A stretch of DNA of 64,000 bases from a virus: positions 121,328-185,327 of IMG/VR virus record IMGVR_UViG_3300027987_000212; one strand, 5' to 3'. Position 1 is the stretch's first letter. Every line of letters begins with the position of its first letter. This document shows, piece by piece, positions 55,750 through 64,000 of the stretch. Made by a program: the position numbers and the translations under genes. The notes beneath the pieces are model-generated. The model did no database searches. It saw only the letters and a list, made by a program, of their open reading frames with translations, and was not told the origin of the DNA.

Positions 55750-55758
55750 ATGATAGCA
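55750..55758 (-). promoter_or_regulatory. extended -10 element TGCTATCAT, possible host primary-sigma promoter
   Basis: Matches TGnTATAAT with one mismatch; oriented toward the sigma operon. Confidence 0.4.
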
Positions 55759-55770
55759 CCAATCCTCGAC

Positions 55771-55798
55771 GCAGGAAAGGCGCACTCTACGGGATAAG
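55771..55798 (+). promoter_or_regulatory. phage promoter motif GCAG-N15-CGGGATAAG
   Basis: Recurrent intergenic motif. Confidence 0.7.
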
Positions 55799-55818
55799 AA
55801 TGACGAAGGAGTAAGACC

Positions 55819-56397
55819 TTGACCAAGCCCACCCCCACTGAAACCCACCCACTACTGCTTGAACTACGCAGTCTCGTAAACTCCAATGAAGTACCCACAC
55901 TCTACTTACTGGAGCAACTCACTTACCCTGACAACCTGCCGCACATCATCTCCTCATCAGGCATACGCAAAGCAGCTATCATAGCGCTCAGCATGAGTGA
56001 GGCGCCCGGTGACAGGTACCCTAAACTATTCCCCCCAAGAACGTGGGCGCCCCGTGCCAACGCGTACACCTTAGGCGTACTGCGTGCGTACAACGACCAA
56101 CTGAGCGACAATGCGGGCTACATCCGTACCGATAAGAACACCCTCTGGTGCCCACAACACGCCTTAGCAGATGGTTGCCGACAACTACTCAGACAGCACG
56201 GTAAGCTGGCAGAGAACAGTGCTCCGCACCTAGTTGAGTTCCCGCCCAGCTTTCGGCGAGACGAGCTAAACATGGAACTACGCCGGGGACAACTAGCGCC
56301 AGACATTGCACTACTCGTACACTGCCAAATAACCGACCAACCGGCACAGCACTTGTACTACTCCGTGTGGGGTGTACTTGAAGATGGGGTACTATGA
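55819..56397 (+). CDS. hypothetical protein
   Basis: AAGGAG RBS; TTG start. Confidence 0.6.
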   Translation: MTKPTPTETHPLLLELRSLVNSNEVPTLYLLEQLTYPDNLPHIISSSGIRKAAIIALSMSEAPGDRYPKLFPPRTWAPRANAYTLGVLRAYNDQLSDNAGYIRTDKNTLWCPQHALADGCRQLLRQHGKLAENSAPHLVEFPPSFRRDELNMELRRGQLAPDIALLVHCQITDQPAQHLYYSVWGVLEDGVL

Positions 56398-56999
56398 AAG
56401 GTTACGCCGCAACCGTCGACTTCAGTCCAACGCGCCAAAAGCTTTGGAGCACCGCAACAACTTTGGTCCAGAGTGTCCCGGAGGAGTGGGAGGCTCGTTG
56501 TCACGAGTTAACCCGCGCCATCGCGGAAGTGCTACCAAGCGCTGTACCCGAGTTACTTACCGTACAAGACGGCATGCTCGGCCCGCAGGAGCACAGTTGG
56601 CTATGGGTAGGCCTACCGCCACCGAAGATAGCCTGCAGACACATCGGATGCGACTGGACGGCAGTGTACCGCACAGGCAAGTGGGACGAGCGCCTGAACA
56701 ACTACCCAGCTTACTGCGACTGGCACATCGGGTTGTACCGTTCGGAGGACCACTACTCACCCATCCTGAACGAGGGGGCTACCATCCTAGACACGTACTT
56801 CCCCGGAGCGCTCCCTCCGGTCGTGCTGCTCTCACAACATCGAGGGTTACACCTAGCTCGCGCTGCGTATTGCCCAGGACCAGACAGGGTCGACATCAAC
56901 CCTACCATACTCAGCAAAATGGTGTTCCTCTTTCGCGCGGTACTAACCGCTAACCCCGACCTCACATTCCAGCCACGTGAAAGGCCATTACGTCGATGA
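56394..56999 (+). CDS. hypothetical protein
   Basis: ATGA-coupled 201 aa ORF. Confidence 0.6.
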   Translation: MKGYAATVDFSPTRQKLWSTATTLVQSVPEEWEARCHELTRAIAEVLPSAVPELLTVQDGMLGPQEHSWLWVGLPPPKIACRHIGCDWTAVYRTGKWDERLNNYPAYCDWHIGLYRSEDHYSPILNEGATILDTYFPGALPPVVLLSQHRGLHLARAAYCPGPDRVDINPTILSKMVFLFRAVLTANPDLTFQPRERPLRR

Positions 57000-57358
57000 A
57001 CAACTCTACCAAGCTCTTCGACGGGGACTACGCTGCAACTCGTCAAGCAGTCGCAGCGCACATACTAGCGCACATGGACGAAACCTCCCCACAAGGATTG
57101 TACGCAGTCAGTACCGAGTGCAGCGCGATGATTAAGCTGTTCTCTCGACATACCACCCTCGGACGAGCCCTACGAGAACTAGTCACACCTGAAGAAGTCG
57201 CTGAGTTCGATGCCGCCCTCCAAACCATCCTAACCTTTGCCGACAGCAAGGCACGTGCAATCCCACTACGCCTACTCGGCAAAATCGAAGAGGCGAGACA
57301 ACTCGAGAACCAAGCTGACGCAGCTTACGAAACACTGCCAACTGAGTGGCGCTGGTAA
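56996..57358 (+). CDS. hypothetical protein
   Basis: ATGA-coupled 120 aa ORF. Confidence 0.6.
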   Translation: MNNSTKLFDGDYAATRQAVAAHILAHMDETSPQGLYAVSTECSAMIKLFSRHTTLGRALRELVTPEEVAEFDAALQTILTFADSKARAIPLRLLGKIEEARQLENQADAAYETLPTEWRW

Positions 57359-57373
57359 CCAAGGAGCAACACA

Positions 57374-58177
57374 ATGCAATGCAAGTTCTGCAACAACAAG
57401 TTGGAAGAGGGGGTAGACCCGCGAGGCTGGGGGACGCTGGCGCTCTCCATCGTAGGGGGGAATGACGTCGTAGGGTCAATCTGCCCCACCTGTCTGAGCA
57501 TCGGACGGATAGAGGCGATGCTCGCCGACACAGCCGAGGAGCCCAAGAATACCTCCTCAGACTTTCGGGACGGCGTAGCCCACGCCACGCACAAACTCGA
57601 GAAGATGCTAGCAGCTACGAATCTCCCGAAGTCCTTCATTATGCCGGTACCCCCGCTATTCCTCTCCCCACCTGACATGTGGTCGCGCACAACTGGCGCA
57701 CTGTTGGAGGAGCTCTCGGAGGACGAGGTACGCGACATTGAGGCGGTCGTAGAGATGTGCAACAAAGTAGCCCGAGGCTACTACGAACCCATCATCGAAC
57801 AGCTCTACCTCGACTTCGTTGCTCTCTACACACAACACAACAATCCGCGCATCTCTTTGACCGACGCCTCCCCCGAGAGCCCACTCGGCAAAGCCCTGAA
57901 GGAGCACCAAGATGGTGTCACAGGCGTCGTCAAAGACATCCACACGACCTTACGCCAGCTAGAACAGTGCGTGGCCCGTCTCGAGGGGAGGTATTCCCCC
58001 AGCGACGCCATCTCGTGGCACGAAGACTTTCCCCCACATTGGGCCTGCTACATGGACCTGCTCGCCGTGACTTACCCAGATGCCATGAAGGCCATGCAAC
58101 GTCGTCCAGGCAGACTGACCATGACGTTTACTCCTACCGGCCCAATCCCACCACAACGAATCGAGTACGCACCATGA
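57374..58177 (+). CDS. hypothetical protein with N-terminal zinc ribbon
   Basis: CKFC and CPTC motifs; AAGGAG RBS. Confidence 0.65.
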   Translation: MQCKFCNNKLEEGVDPRGWGTLALSIVGGNDVVGSICPTCLSIGRIEAMLADTAEEPKNTSSDFRDGVAHATHKLEKMLAATNLPKSFIMPVPPLFLSPPDMWSRTTGALLEELSEDEVRDIEAVVEMCNKVARGYYEPIIEQLYLDFVALYTQHNNPRISLTDASPESPLGKALKEHQDGVTGVVKDIHTTLRQLEQCVARLEGRYSPSDAISWHEDFPPHWACYMDLLAVTYPDAMKAMQRRPGRLTMTFTPTGPIPPQRIEYAP

Positions 58178-59676
58178 CTACTGCACATGCCTGCTACTGC
58201 AAAAAACCCCACTGTACTGCACCGCGCTCCAAAGCATGCCTGAACCGGGCCATCGAGACATTCCTCACTAACCTCGTCGAAGTGAGCATGCAGCCACTGC
58301 CCGAAGAAAGCGTGGAGCAGGAGACTCCTGGGGCACCAGATACAACTGAGGGTAACTTCAGCGTACAAGTCACCTCCGGCAAAGTACCCGATAGCTCTGA
58401 GGTAACTACCACCATCAGGATAGCTTGGTGCCCTTACTACAAGCAAGGGCCAATAGCGATGTTGGTAGGTACCCCGCCTAACGAGGAACTCTTCCACGAA
58501 GTACTCGCAGAGCGAGCCAGACTACGCGAAGAGGTAGCTAGGCTCAACCGCACACACGACGAGTGGTACCCGCAACTGGTAGGCGCACTCGGGTTTAACC
58601 CGCACAGCACACAACACATCCTCGAAACCATCGTAAACCACGCGGTGCAAGCTCAAGAAGCTTGGAAAGAGGTAACCAGTACTACGGGCATGTACTACGA
58701 ACGGGTAACGTCACCTGAGCAACTGCCTCAATCTATCGTAGTTCTCGACTACCCAGACCCACTCGTGCCATGGGTTGCCTGTCAGTTCTGTAAGAAACTA
58801 TATCCCCATCATCATGTGCGCAGAGTACCGAGACCGGAGCACTGCCCCACGTGCCACTCCCACGACCCAGCCCTTCATCCAGCGATGCAGCATGGCGGCG
58901 AGGTACAGCCGTGTTCCAATACTTGGCATCAGTACACTTCCCCGCTACGGATGCTACAAGCGCAAGCGGCAACGCACACGAGAGTAGAGACAGACACAGA
59001 GCTGCTCCTAACTAAGGTGGGTAAACTCGAGGCAGACGCTGAACGCATCGCTACGGCACTCGGAGCAGCAATAGTCACCCCCAATGGGGTAGCGATTGCC
59101 GACGTGGAAGACCAGCTACGCCTCATCAATCTCCTGAAGAGGTATGTGCCGCGCGACCACGCCGCCCTGCGTCGTTACTTCAATTGCACCGGTGGCATCA
59201 CCGGGCGAACGCCTTCTACACAGCCCAACCTCAGCAACACCCCTGCTACCGAGAACGCTGGCACCAACCTCCCGCTATCCACGCAAGAACGCGAAGAGCT
59301 CGAAGACTGGCGAGCAGTCTTCTGTCTGGAGTTTGCCCCAGAGCACCACACCGCAGGCCCCTTCTCTACCTGGCCACACCTACTGGCAGCCAACATCCAC
59401 GCCTTACGAGAAGAGGTGAAGACAGCACGCGAGAATCGCGTCTCCCCACACCCTTTACTCGAGCTAGAGCACTGGCGTGCCGTGTTCCGCCTCGAGTATG
59501 CCGTCGAAAGTGACTACCTGGAATCCTACAACCAATGGCCACGACAGCTGCAACGCTATGCAAACCAAGCACGCGAAACGATGGAAAAGATGCGGGCAGA
59601 GCAGCATCGCCTGCAGGAGTACGCAGCTCAAGCACGCGCAGAACTGGAGAACATGCGGACTGGAGACAAAACATGA
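58174..59676 (+). CDS. mosaic coiled-coil protein with internal duplication
   Basis: ATGA-coupled start 58174; LExWRAVFxLE..WP repeated twice; Cys clusters. Confidence 0.65.
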   Translation: MTTAHACYCKKPHCTAPRSKACLNRAIETFLTNLVEVSMQPLPEESVEQETPGAPDTTEGNFSVQVTSGKVPDSSEVTTTIRIAWCPYYKQGPIAMLVGTPPNEELFHEVLAERARLREEVARLNRTHDEWYPQLVGALGFNPHSTQHILETIVNHAVQAQEAWKEVTSTTGMYYERVTSPEQLPQSIVVLDYPDPLVPWVACQFCKKLYPHHHVRRVPRPEHCPTCHSHDPALHPAMQHGGEVQPCSNTWHQYTSPLRMLQAQAATHTRVETDTELLLTKVGKLEADAERIATALGAAIVTPNGVAIADVEDQLRLINLLKRYVPRDHAALRRYFNCTGGITGRTPSTQPNLSNTPATENAGTNLPLSTQEREELEDWRAVFCLEFAPEHHTAGPFSTWPHLLAANIHALREEVKTARENRVSPHPLLELEHWRAVFRLEYAVESDYLESYNQWPRQLQRYANQARETMEKMRAEQHRLQEYAAQARAELENMRTGDKT

Positions 59677-59927
59677 AACGCATCGGCTGGTGGCTGCTCA
59701 CCTATAGCGTTCCGCTCATGACCCTGTTGCTGGGCGGCACACTAGCGCTAGTTGCTCGGCGGGATTGGCTCGAGCACAACCCAGACCTCGCTGCCATCAA
59801 GTGCCTGGGGGTACTCATATTACTCGCACACGGATACATCGGCTACCACATCGTGCGACGGCACAAGCAACGCATGGACGAGCTCAGAGCAATGGAGGAA
59901 AGATGGTACGAACACGGAACAGACTGA
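59673..59927 (+). CDS. two-TM small membrane protein
   Basis: Two hydrophobic helices. Confidence 0.6.
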   Translation: MKRIGWWLLTYSVPLMTLLLGGTLALVARRDWLEHNPDLAAIKCLGVLILLAHGYIGYHIVRRHKQRMDELRAMEERWYEHGTD

Positions 59928-60187
59928 GTTGGCTCTACTTCTTCCCGGTGCTGTCCTTCTTCCTCAGCGCTGTATTTGCTGCCGTAGCCTACCGGTACTA
60001 CCAAGAAGGGAGGTGTCTTTTGGTGGCGGTCAACAGCCTCGCCAGCGTATCTCTCCTATTCTTCGTCATAAGCTTTCGCTGGTCCATTCGACGACTCATC
60101 GCCGTTAACCGAGCATACCAAAAACAGGTCACTGACCTAGAAGGGCGCCCACATGAGGATGATACTGATTACCGAGAGTCGCCTTGA
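59903..60187 (+). CDS. two-TM small membrane protein
   Basis: GGAGG RBS; two hydrophobic helices. Confidence 0.6.
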   Translation: MVRTRNRLSWLYFFPVLSFFLSAVFAAVAYRYYQEGRCLLVAVNSLASVSLLFFVISFRWSIRRLIAVNRAYQKQVTDLEGRPHEDDTDYRESP

Positions 60188-60326
60188 CGAGTTGTTCGAC
60201 GCAGCTCTGGCCACCATCGCCGAGAGACTCAATGGGCACGCGCCTACCAAAGACCCAAACGGTACCGTGGTCTACTACGTACGCAACCTTCAGAAGGCAG
60301 TGAAGGACGGGCCACTCGGTACTTAG
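60153..60326 (+). CDS. small hypothetical protein (57 aa)
   Basis: Manually read ORF MRMILITESRLDELFDAAL..GPLGT*, below the ORF-track cutoff. Confidence 0.4.
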   Translation: MRMILITESRLDELFDAALATIAERLNGHAPTKDPNGTVVYYVRNLQKAVKDGPLGT

Positions 60327-60327
60327 T

Positions 60328-60354
60328 GCAGTCCATCAGGATAACGGGGATAAG
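60328..60354 (+). promoter_or_regulatory. phage promoter motif GCAG-N14-GGGGATAAG
   Basis: Recurrent intergenic motif. Confidence 0.7.
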
Positions 60355-60385
60355 TACTACGAAGACCCACAACCTCCGGAGTACC

Positions 60386-60580
60386 ATGTCCCTAAACAAA
60401 GAACAGCAACAACTAGTGACCAACTTGCTCGTAGAGGCCATCGCCGCCGAGCGGTCGCCCTTGGGCAAGCCAACATCTGCCCGCATGACACGGATGAGCA
60501 AACTCGCCCAGAAACTTGGGATGAAGGATGGCTGGCTGGAGAGGTGGGTGGAGCTCATGTGGAGCAGCAAAATGGGGTGA
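60386..60580 (+). CDS. small hypothetical protein
   Basis: GGAG RBS before ATG 60386. Confidence 0.5.
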   Translation: MSLNKEQQQLVTNLLVEAIAAERSPLGKPTSARMTRMSKLAQKLGMKDGWLERWVELMWSSKMG

Positions 60581-60587
60581 GCACGTT

Positions 60588-61439
60588 ATGACTACATGGG
60601 AAGTAGTATATTGCCGAGCAGCAGACCTCCATCAAGGCTTGTTCCCGCGCCTGCAACAACTCACCAATGGGCGCCCAGACTCAGGACTTCTGGAGGTATT
60701 GGACGAAGCCGCCGACCCCAGCAGCCCAAACCGTGTAGCACTTGGTTACCTTGGTGGTCGCTTAGTTGGGTGGGCGGCCCTCGTCCCCTACAACATCGGG
60801 CGGCGCGTTACCTTCCACGTGTTCGTAGACCACGACTATCGCCAACGTGGTCTAGGTGCAAAACTGGCACAGTGTGTACTGAACCTGGCGGCGCTTCATC
60901 ACCCACACTCCGCTGTGCATGTTGTGCTTCCCGCAAAGGACCCTGCCAGACAAGCACTCTACCGCAAGCTACTTCTAACCCACACCTTCTACGTAACCCA
61001 AGAACCAACTGGAGCCAACATGACTAAGTGTGACCTGTTGCAGGCACTCTTCTACGACCTGTTGCGTGACTGCGCTCCCGCCGGAGTAATCGAGAAAGCA
61101 GTACAAGACCTGGAAGCGGTCCCCGTGACCACTACTAACGTGAAATACTCTAACGAGCATCTCGCGAAGTACGCAGACGAGCTGGCAACCCGCGTCTTCG
61201 TGCGACTCAACAAGCCCCCAGTGGTGCAGGAAGAGTTACCTGCCCCACCGACTCAACCACCATGTCGTGCATGCCGCTTCTCGTTCATGGAACCCGACGA
61301 CAACTTGACCTGCGGCCACCCCGAATCGGGCACCATGGGTCAATACGTGCACAGGGGCCGTGTCAAGCACTGCAAGCAAGCCGACAAGTTCGAGCAACAC
61401 CCGCAACGCAACCCCGATGGTTCGCTGAAACACGCTTGA
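60588..61439 (+). CDS. GNAT acetyltransferase fused to additional domains
   Basis: VFVDHDYRQRGLGAKL motif A; in-frame GGAG-ATG at 61020; C-terminal Cys cluster. Confidence 0.7.
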   Translation: MTTWEVVYCRAADLHQGLFPRLQQLTNGRPDSGLLEVLDEAADPSSPNRVALGYLGGRLVGWAALVPYNIGRRVTFHVFVDHDYRQRGLGAKLAQCVLNLAALHHPHSAVHVVLPAKDPARQALYRKLLLTHTFYVTQEPTGANMTKCDLLQALFYDLLRDCAPAGVIEKAVQDLEAVPVTTTNVKYSNEHLAKYADELATRVFVRLNKPPVVQEELPAPPTQPPCRACRFSFMEPDDNLTCGHPESGTMGQYVHRGRVKHCKQADKFEQHPQRNPDGSLKHA

Positions 61440-61464
61440 GTAACCCCAGCCCAGGAGAGGCTTG

Positions 61465-61806
61465 ATGGATACCTGCCCTCGTTGCAATCGAGCACTGCTC
61501 GTACTCTTCTTCTCTGTTGAGTGCACCTATTGCGACTTCAAACCCCATGAGGGTTGGACTGTCCTCAACGAGTCCGCCAAGGAGGCGCTCCGCAATCCAG
61601 ACTACACCGGCATCTTCTGCTTACTGGAGAGCACCCAAGAAAAGGCATTAGAGTTGGCGCGTAGTTTTGAACTTCGAGGAGACTTACTCCCAGTTTACTC
61701 TGTGGAGCCTCGATACGGTAAGGAAGTCTACCTCCACCGGTGCAAGCCTGAAAAACTGCGCCTGAGTTACGCCTGGCTTGCTGACACAAGGATACTCAAT
61801 GACTGA
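61465..61806 (+). CDS. zinc-finger protein, paralog 1
   Basis: CPRC..LLVLFFSVECTYC. Confidence 0.6.
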   Translation: MDTCPRCNRALLVLFFSVECTYCDFKPHEGWTVLNESAKEALRNPDYTGIFCLLESTQEKALELARSFELRGDLLPVYSVEPRYGKEVYLHRCKPEKLRLSYAWLADTRILND

Positions 61807-62149
61807 CGTTCATCTTTGCCCGAAGTGCAGCCGGCGAATGCTCGTACTATTCATCAGTGTCGAGTGCGAGTACTGCACACGACTCAAAAACATGCCGCGA
61901 GCTTGGGTAGTCCTCATCGACGCCGAGCGTACTACCCTGAGGAATGATGACTACGTTCGGCTCCGAACCTTCTCCAAACGAGAGGAAGCGGAGGAGGACG
62001 CAGGAGACTATAGCGACGGGGTGGTAACAGAAGTTTACGCGCATAGGTCAGATGCCAGCGTAGCACTTTACCGCTACCAACCCGCTTCCTCCTGCGAGGA
62101 CCACGCCTGGTTAGTTAACCCAGCAGACTGCGAGCCGAGGAAGCTATGA
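61799..62149 (+). CDS. zinc-finger protein, paralog 2
   Basis: CPKC..MLVLFISVECEYC. Confidence 0.6.
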   Translation: MTDVHLCPKCSRRMLVLFISVECEYCTRLKNMPRAWVVLIDAERTTLRNDDYVRLRTFSKREEAEEDAGDYSDGVVTEVYAHRSDASVALYRYQPASSCEDHAWLVNPADCEPRKL

Positions 62150-62613
62150 TTAAACGAATCAAGTTGGACACACCGGTGAACACGGAAGTGCTCGCCATCC
62201 ACTGCACAGAACGGACCATCGTGGAAGGGCAGTTGACCGAACTCAAGAGGATGCAGGCGGGTGCAGAAGACGGGCCGCCGACCATCGACAACCTACTCGC
62301 ACTGGTTAAGCGCCACACAGACGGTGCGTTGGTCTACTTCCCCGCTTCGCTCTGCTACGTGAACCACGTAGCAGCCGCCCCCACCGGCTCCTGGGGGTGG
62401 GCTTGCGCCTTCGCAATCCAAGGCGCTCGAGTAGGCTCAGAGTTCGCCCGGACTGAAATGGGCTACCGACCAATGTTTCCTGGAACCCAGCTAGGATTGG
62501 TGCGCTACTCCGCCCCCTACGGTAGCGAGAACGCGGATGTATGGTCGTTCATGCGCGTCACCGAGAACGACATCACCGCAGCTGACTGGCGTCTCATCAC
62601 CCTGGCAGAGTAG
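62146..62613 (+). CDS. DUF2829/Tad2-like protein 1
   Basis: GSWGWACAFAIQGARV..DITAADWRLI. Confidence 0.55.
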   Translation: MIKRIKLDTPVNTEVLAIHCTERTIVEGQLTELKRMQAGAEDGPPTIDNLLALVKRHTDGALVYFPASLCYVNHVAAAPTGSWGWACAFAIQGARVGSEFARTEMGYRPMFPGTQLGLVRYSAPYGSENADVWSFMRVTENDITAADWRLITLAE

Positions 62614-62623
62614 GCTCGGGGAC

Positions 62624-63007
62624 ATGCCTAAAAACCACCTCACCCGCATTGCCGCCAACACCCCCGCAGGAGCACACGTCCTAGTCTCCACGGACGACCA
62701 ACTCATCCGAGCGGTGACACTCAGCCCAGTCGATGCAGAAGGCTACGTAGAACTCGAGAGAGGGCGGACCAACAGTGCGTTCGTCTACCTCGACGATATG
62801 CGCGAGGGCTGCTGGGAGTGGGCCTGCATGCAGGCCCTGCTCGGGCATCTCGTCAGGTCAGACTTGCTAAAGATGGAGCTCGGGAAACGCATCGGCCACC
62901 CACACTCCCAGAATACCGTCATCTGTCGCCCAATGGGGGCCACCGCGTGGTTCCCTGTGCAGGTAACACTAGAGCTCGTTCTCACGAATGACTGGAAACT
63001 ACAATGA
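62624..63007 (+). CDS. DUF2829/Tad2-like protein 2
   Basis: GCWEWACMQALLGHLVRS..LVLTNDWKL. Confidence 0.5.
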   Translation: MPKNHLTRIAANTPAGAHVLVSTDDQLIRAVTLSPVDAEGYVELERGRTNSAFVYLDDMREGCWEWACMQALLGHLVRSDLLKMELGKRIGHPHSQNTVICRPMGATAWFPVQVTLELVLTNDWKLQ

Positions 63008-63080
63008 CTGATTTCGATGCCCTCGTACATCGCTTGGCCTGGTACCTCCAGGCGGCTGACATCTTGGAGGAGGCTGGTTT

Positions 63081-63623
63081 ATGAACACCCTCGACAACGT
63101 ACACAACGCAGCACTGCTGGCTCACTATGGTGCACGCGTACTCGTACACGAGTCAGACTGCATCCTACGCGGTACACTCCTCAGGATAGACACTACTCGA
63201 GTAGAGGCACAAGTATCCCTGGAACTGGACCACCCCCTGAAGATGCTATCGATGACACTGAACCTGACCACAGGAAAGGCGTCACCACTCGTTCAAGCCA
63301 CATGTGCTGCCCCCGTCATCTGCACCTACCCACTATCAAAGGTCTACCTCGAAGAGCCGCCCGAAGGGTCCTGGCAGTGGGCGTGCGCGAAAGCCTTCGC
63401 CGGTAATCGCGTACGCTCTACCCACGCCAGTACGGAGATGGTGGCGAATAACTCTGCACACGCACGATACATCATAGATGACTTACCAAACTCTGGGGTA
63501 CTTCGTCGTGTGTTGTCCAGTGGGGAGCTCGTAGCTCTGATAATTACACAACGTATGACCATCGAGGACGACTGGGAGGTCGTAGATGAACAAGTTGGCA
63601 AGACGCCTCCTACTCCTGGATGA
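63081..63623 (+). CDS. DUF2829/Tad2-like protein 3
   Basis: GSWQWACAKAFAGNRVRS..MTIEDDWEVV. Confidence 0.55.
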   Translation: MNTLDNVHNAALLAHYGARVLVHESDCILRGTLLRIDTTRVEAQVSLELDHPLKMLSMTLNLTTGKASPLVQATCAAPVICTYPLSKVYLEEPPEGSWQWACAKAFAGNRVRSTHASTEMVANNSAHARYIIDDLPNSGVLRRVLSSGELVALIITQRMTIEDDWEVVDEQVGKTPPTPG

Positions 63624-63624
63624 C

Positions 63625-63828
63625 ATGCTCGAAGCTATCCTCAAGGATGGCTGCCTAAACACGGTACTCTGTCGCGGCTACCTTGCCCCAACCCGCGACA
63701 TGCAGACCTGCCGACACTGCGCCATCATCAACCGGGCCATCCGCATGGGACTACTCATGCGCAACCCAAACCACATACCAGGCTCCTTCGAGTACACCCA
63801 GGTGCCCGCGCAAGACTACAACAAGTAA
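63625..63828 (+). CDS. small Cys-containing protein
   Basis: 67 aa; CRHC motif. Confidence 0.45.
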   Translation: MLEAILKDGCLNTVLCRGYLAPTRDMQTCRHCAIINRAIRMGLLMRNPNHIPGSFEYTQVPAQDYNK

Positions 63829-63838
63829 CTGAGGACCT

Positions 63839-64000
63839 ATGACATTCACCGTAGCATACCGCCGCCCCGGCGAACGTGCGTGGTACTACACCCCAGAGCT
63901 CTGCAAAGTCGAAAGTGCGGAGTACGTACTGAAGCGCTACCAGCAAGCCGGGCTTGAAGCAGAGCGATGCACCGCCGACGATGCGCGTAAAGACTTACGT
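63839..64000 (+). CDS. hypothetical protein, 3'-partial
   Basis: GAGG RBS; frame open to the window end. Confidence 0.45.
   Translation, partial: MTFTVAYRRPGERAWYYTPELCKVESAEYVLKRYQQAGLEAERCTADDARKDLR

Noticed and set aside
1-64000. Stop-codon reassignment, CRISPR array, integrase or transposase, portal gene
   Set aside because: Long genes read through cleanly under the standard code; no spaced direct repeats or recombinase/transposase motifs seen; no ORF recognisable as a portal in this window

Overview
This window is an internal 64 kb segment of a large, GC-rich, contractile-tailed dsDNA bacteriophage genome (jumbo-myophage-like). No cellular housekeeping genes, rRNA, CRISPR array or transposase are visible. 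The left ~28.7 kb is a mostly minus-strand morphogenesis operon: terminase large subunit, prohead protease, major capsid protein, neck proteins, a 1033-aa tail sheath, a probable tail tube, holin/spanin-like genes, plus a plus-strand CHAP-like hydrolase and a histone H1-like protein. About a dozen head-region proteins are strongly enriched in a K-x-A motif, several carry glycine-zipper hydrophobic helices, and one embeds a ferritin-like domain. The right ~35 kb is a plus-strand array of small accessory/early genes organised in cassettes. Most cassettes start with a bipartite motif, NCAA-N15-NG(G/A)GATAAG, that has sigma-28 geometry, and a phage-encoded FliA-like sigma factor gene lies within the same region. 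This arm also holds a ~150-nt tRNA-like structured RNA, three tandem DUF2829/Tad2-like genes, four GNAT domains, three HExxH proteins, a DUF262 protein, Nudix, HAD and nucleotidyltransferase genes, and an H-NS-like HTH protein. All protein family calls come from motif recognition by eye, not database searches. Start codons were adjusted from the ORF track where an RBS-backed ATG was evident.
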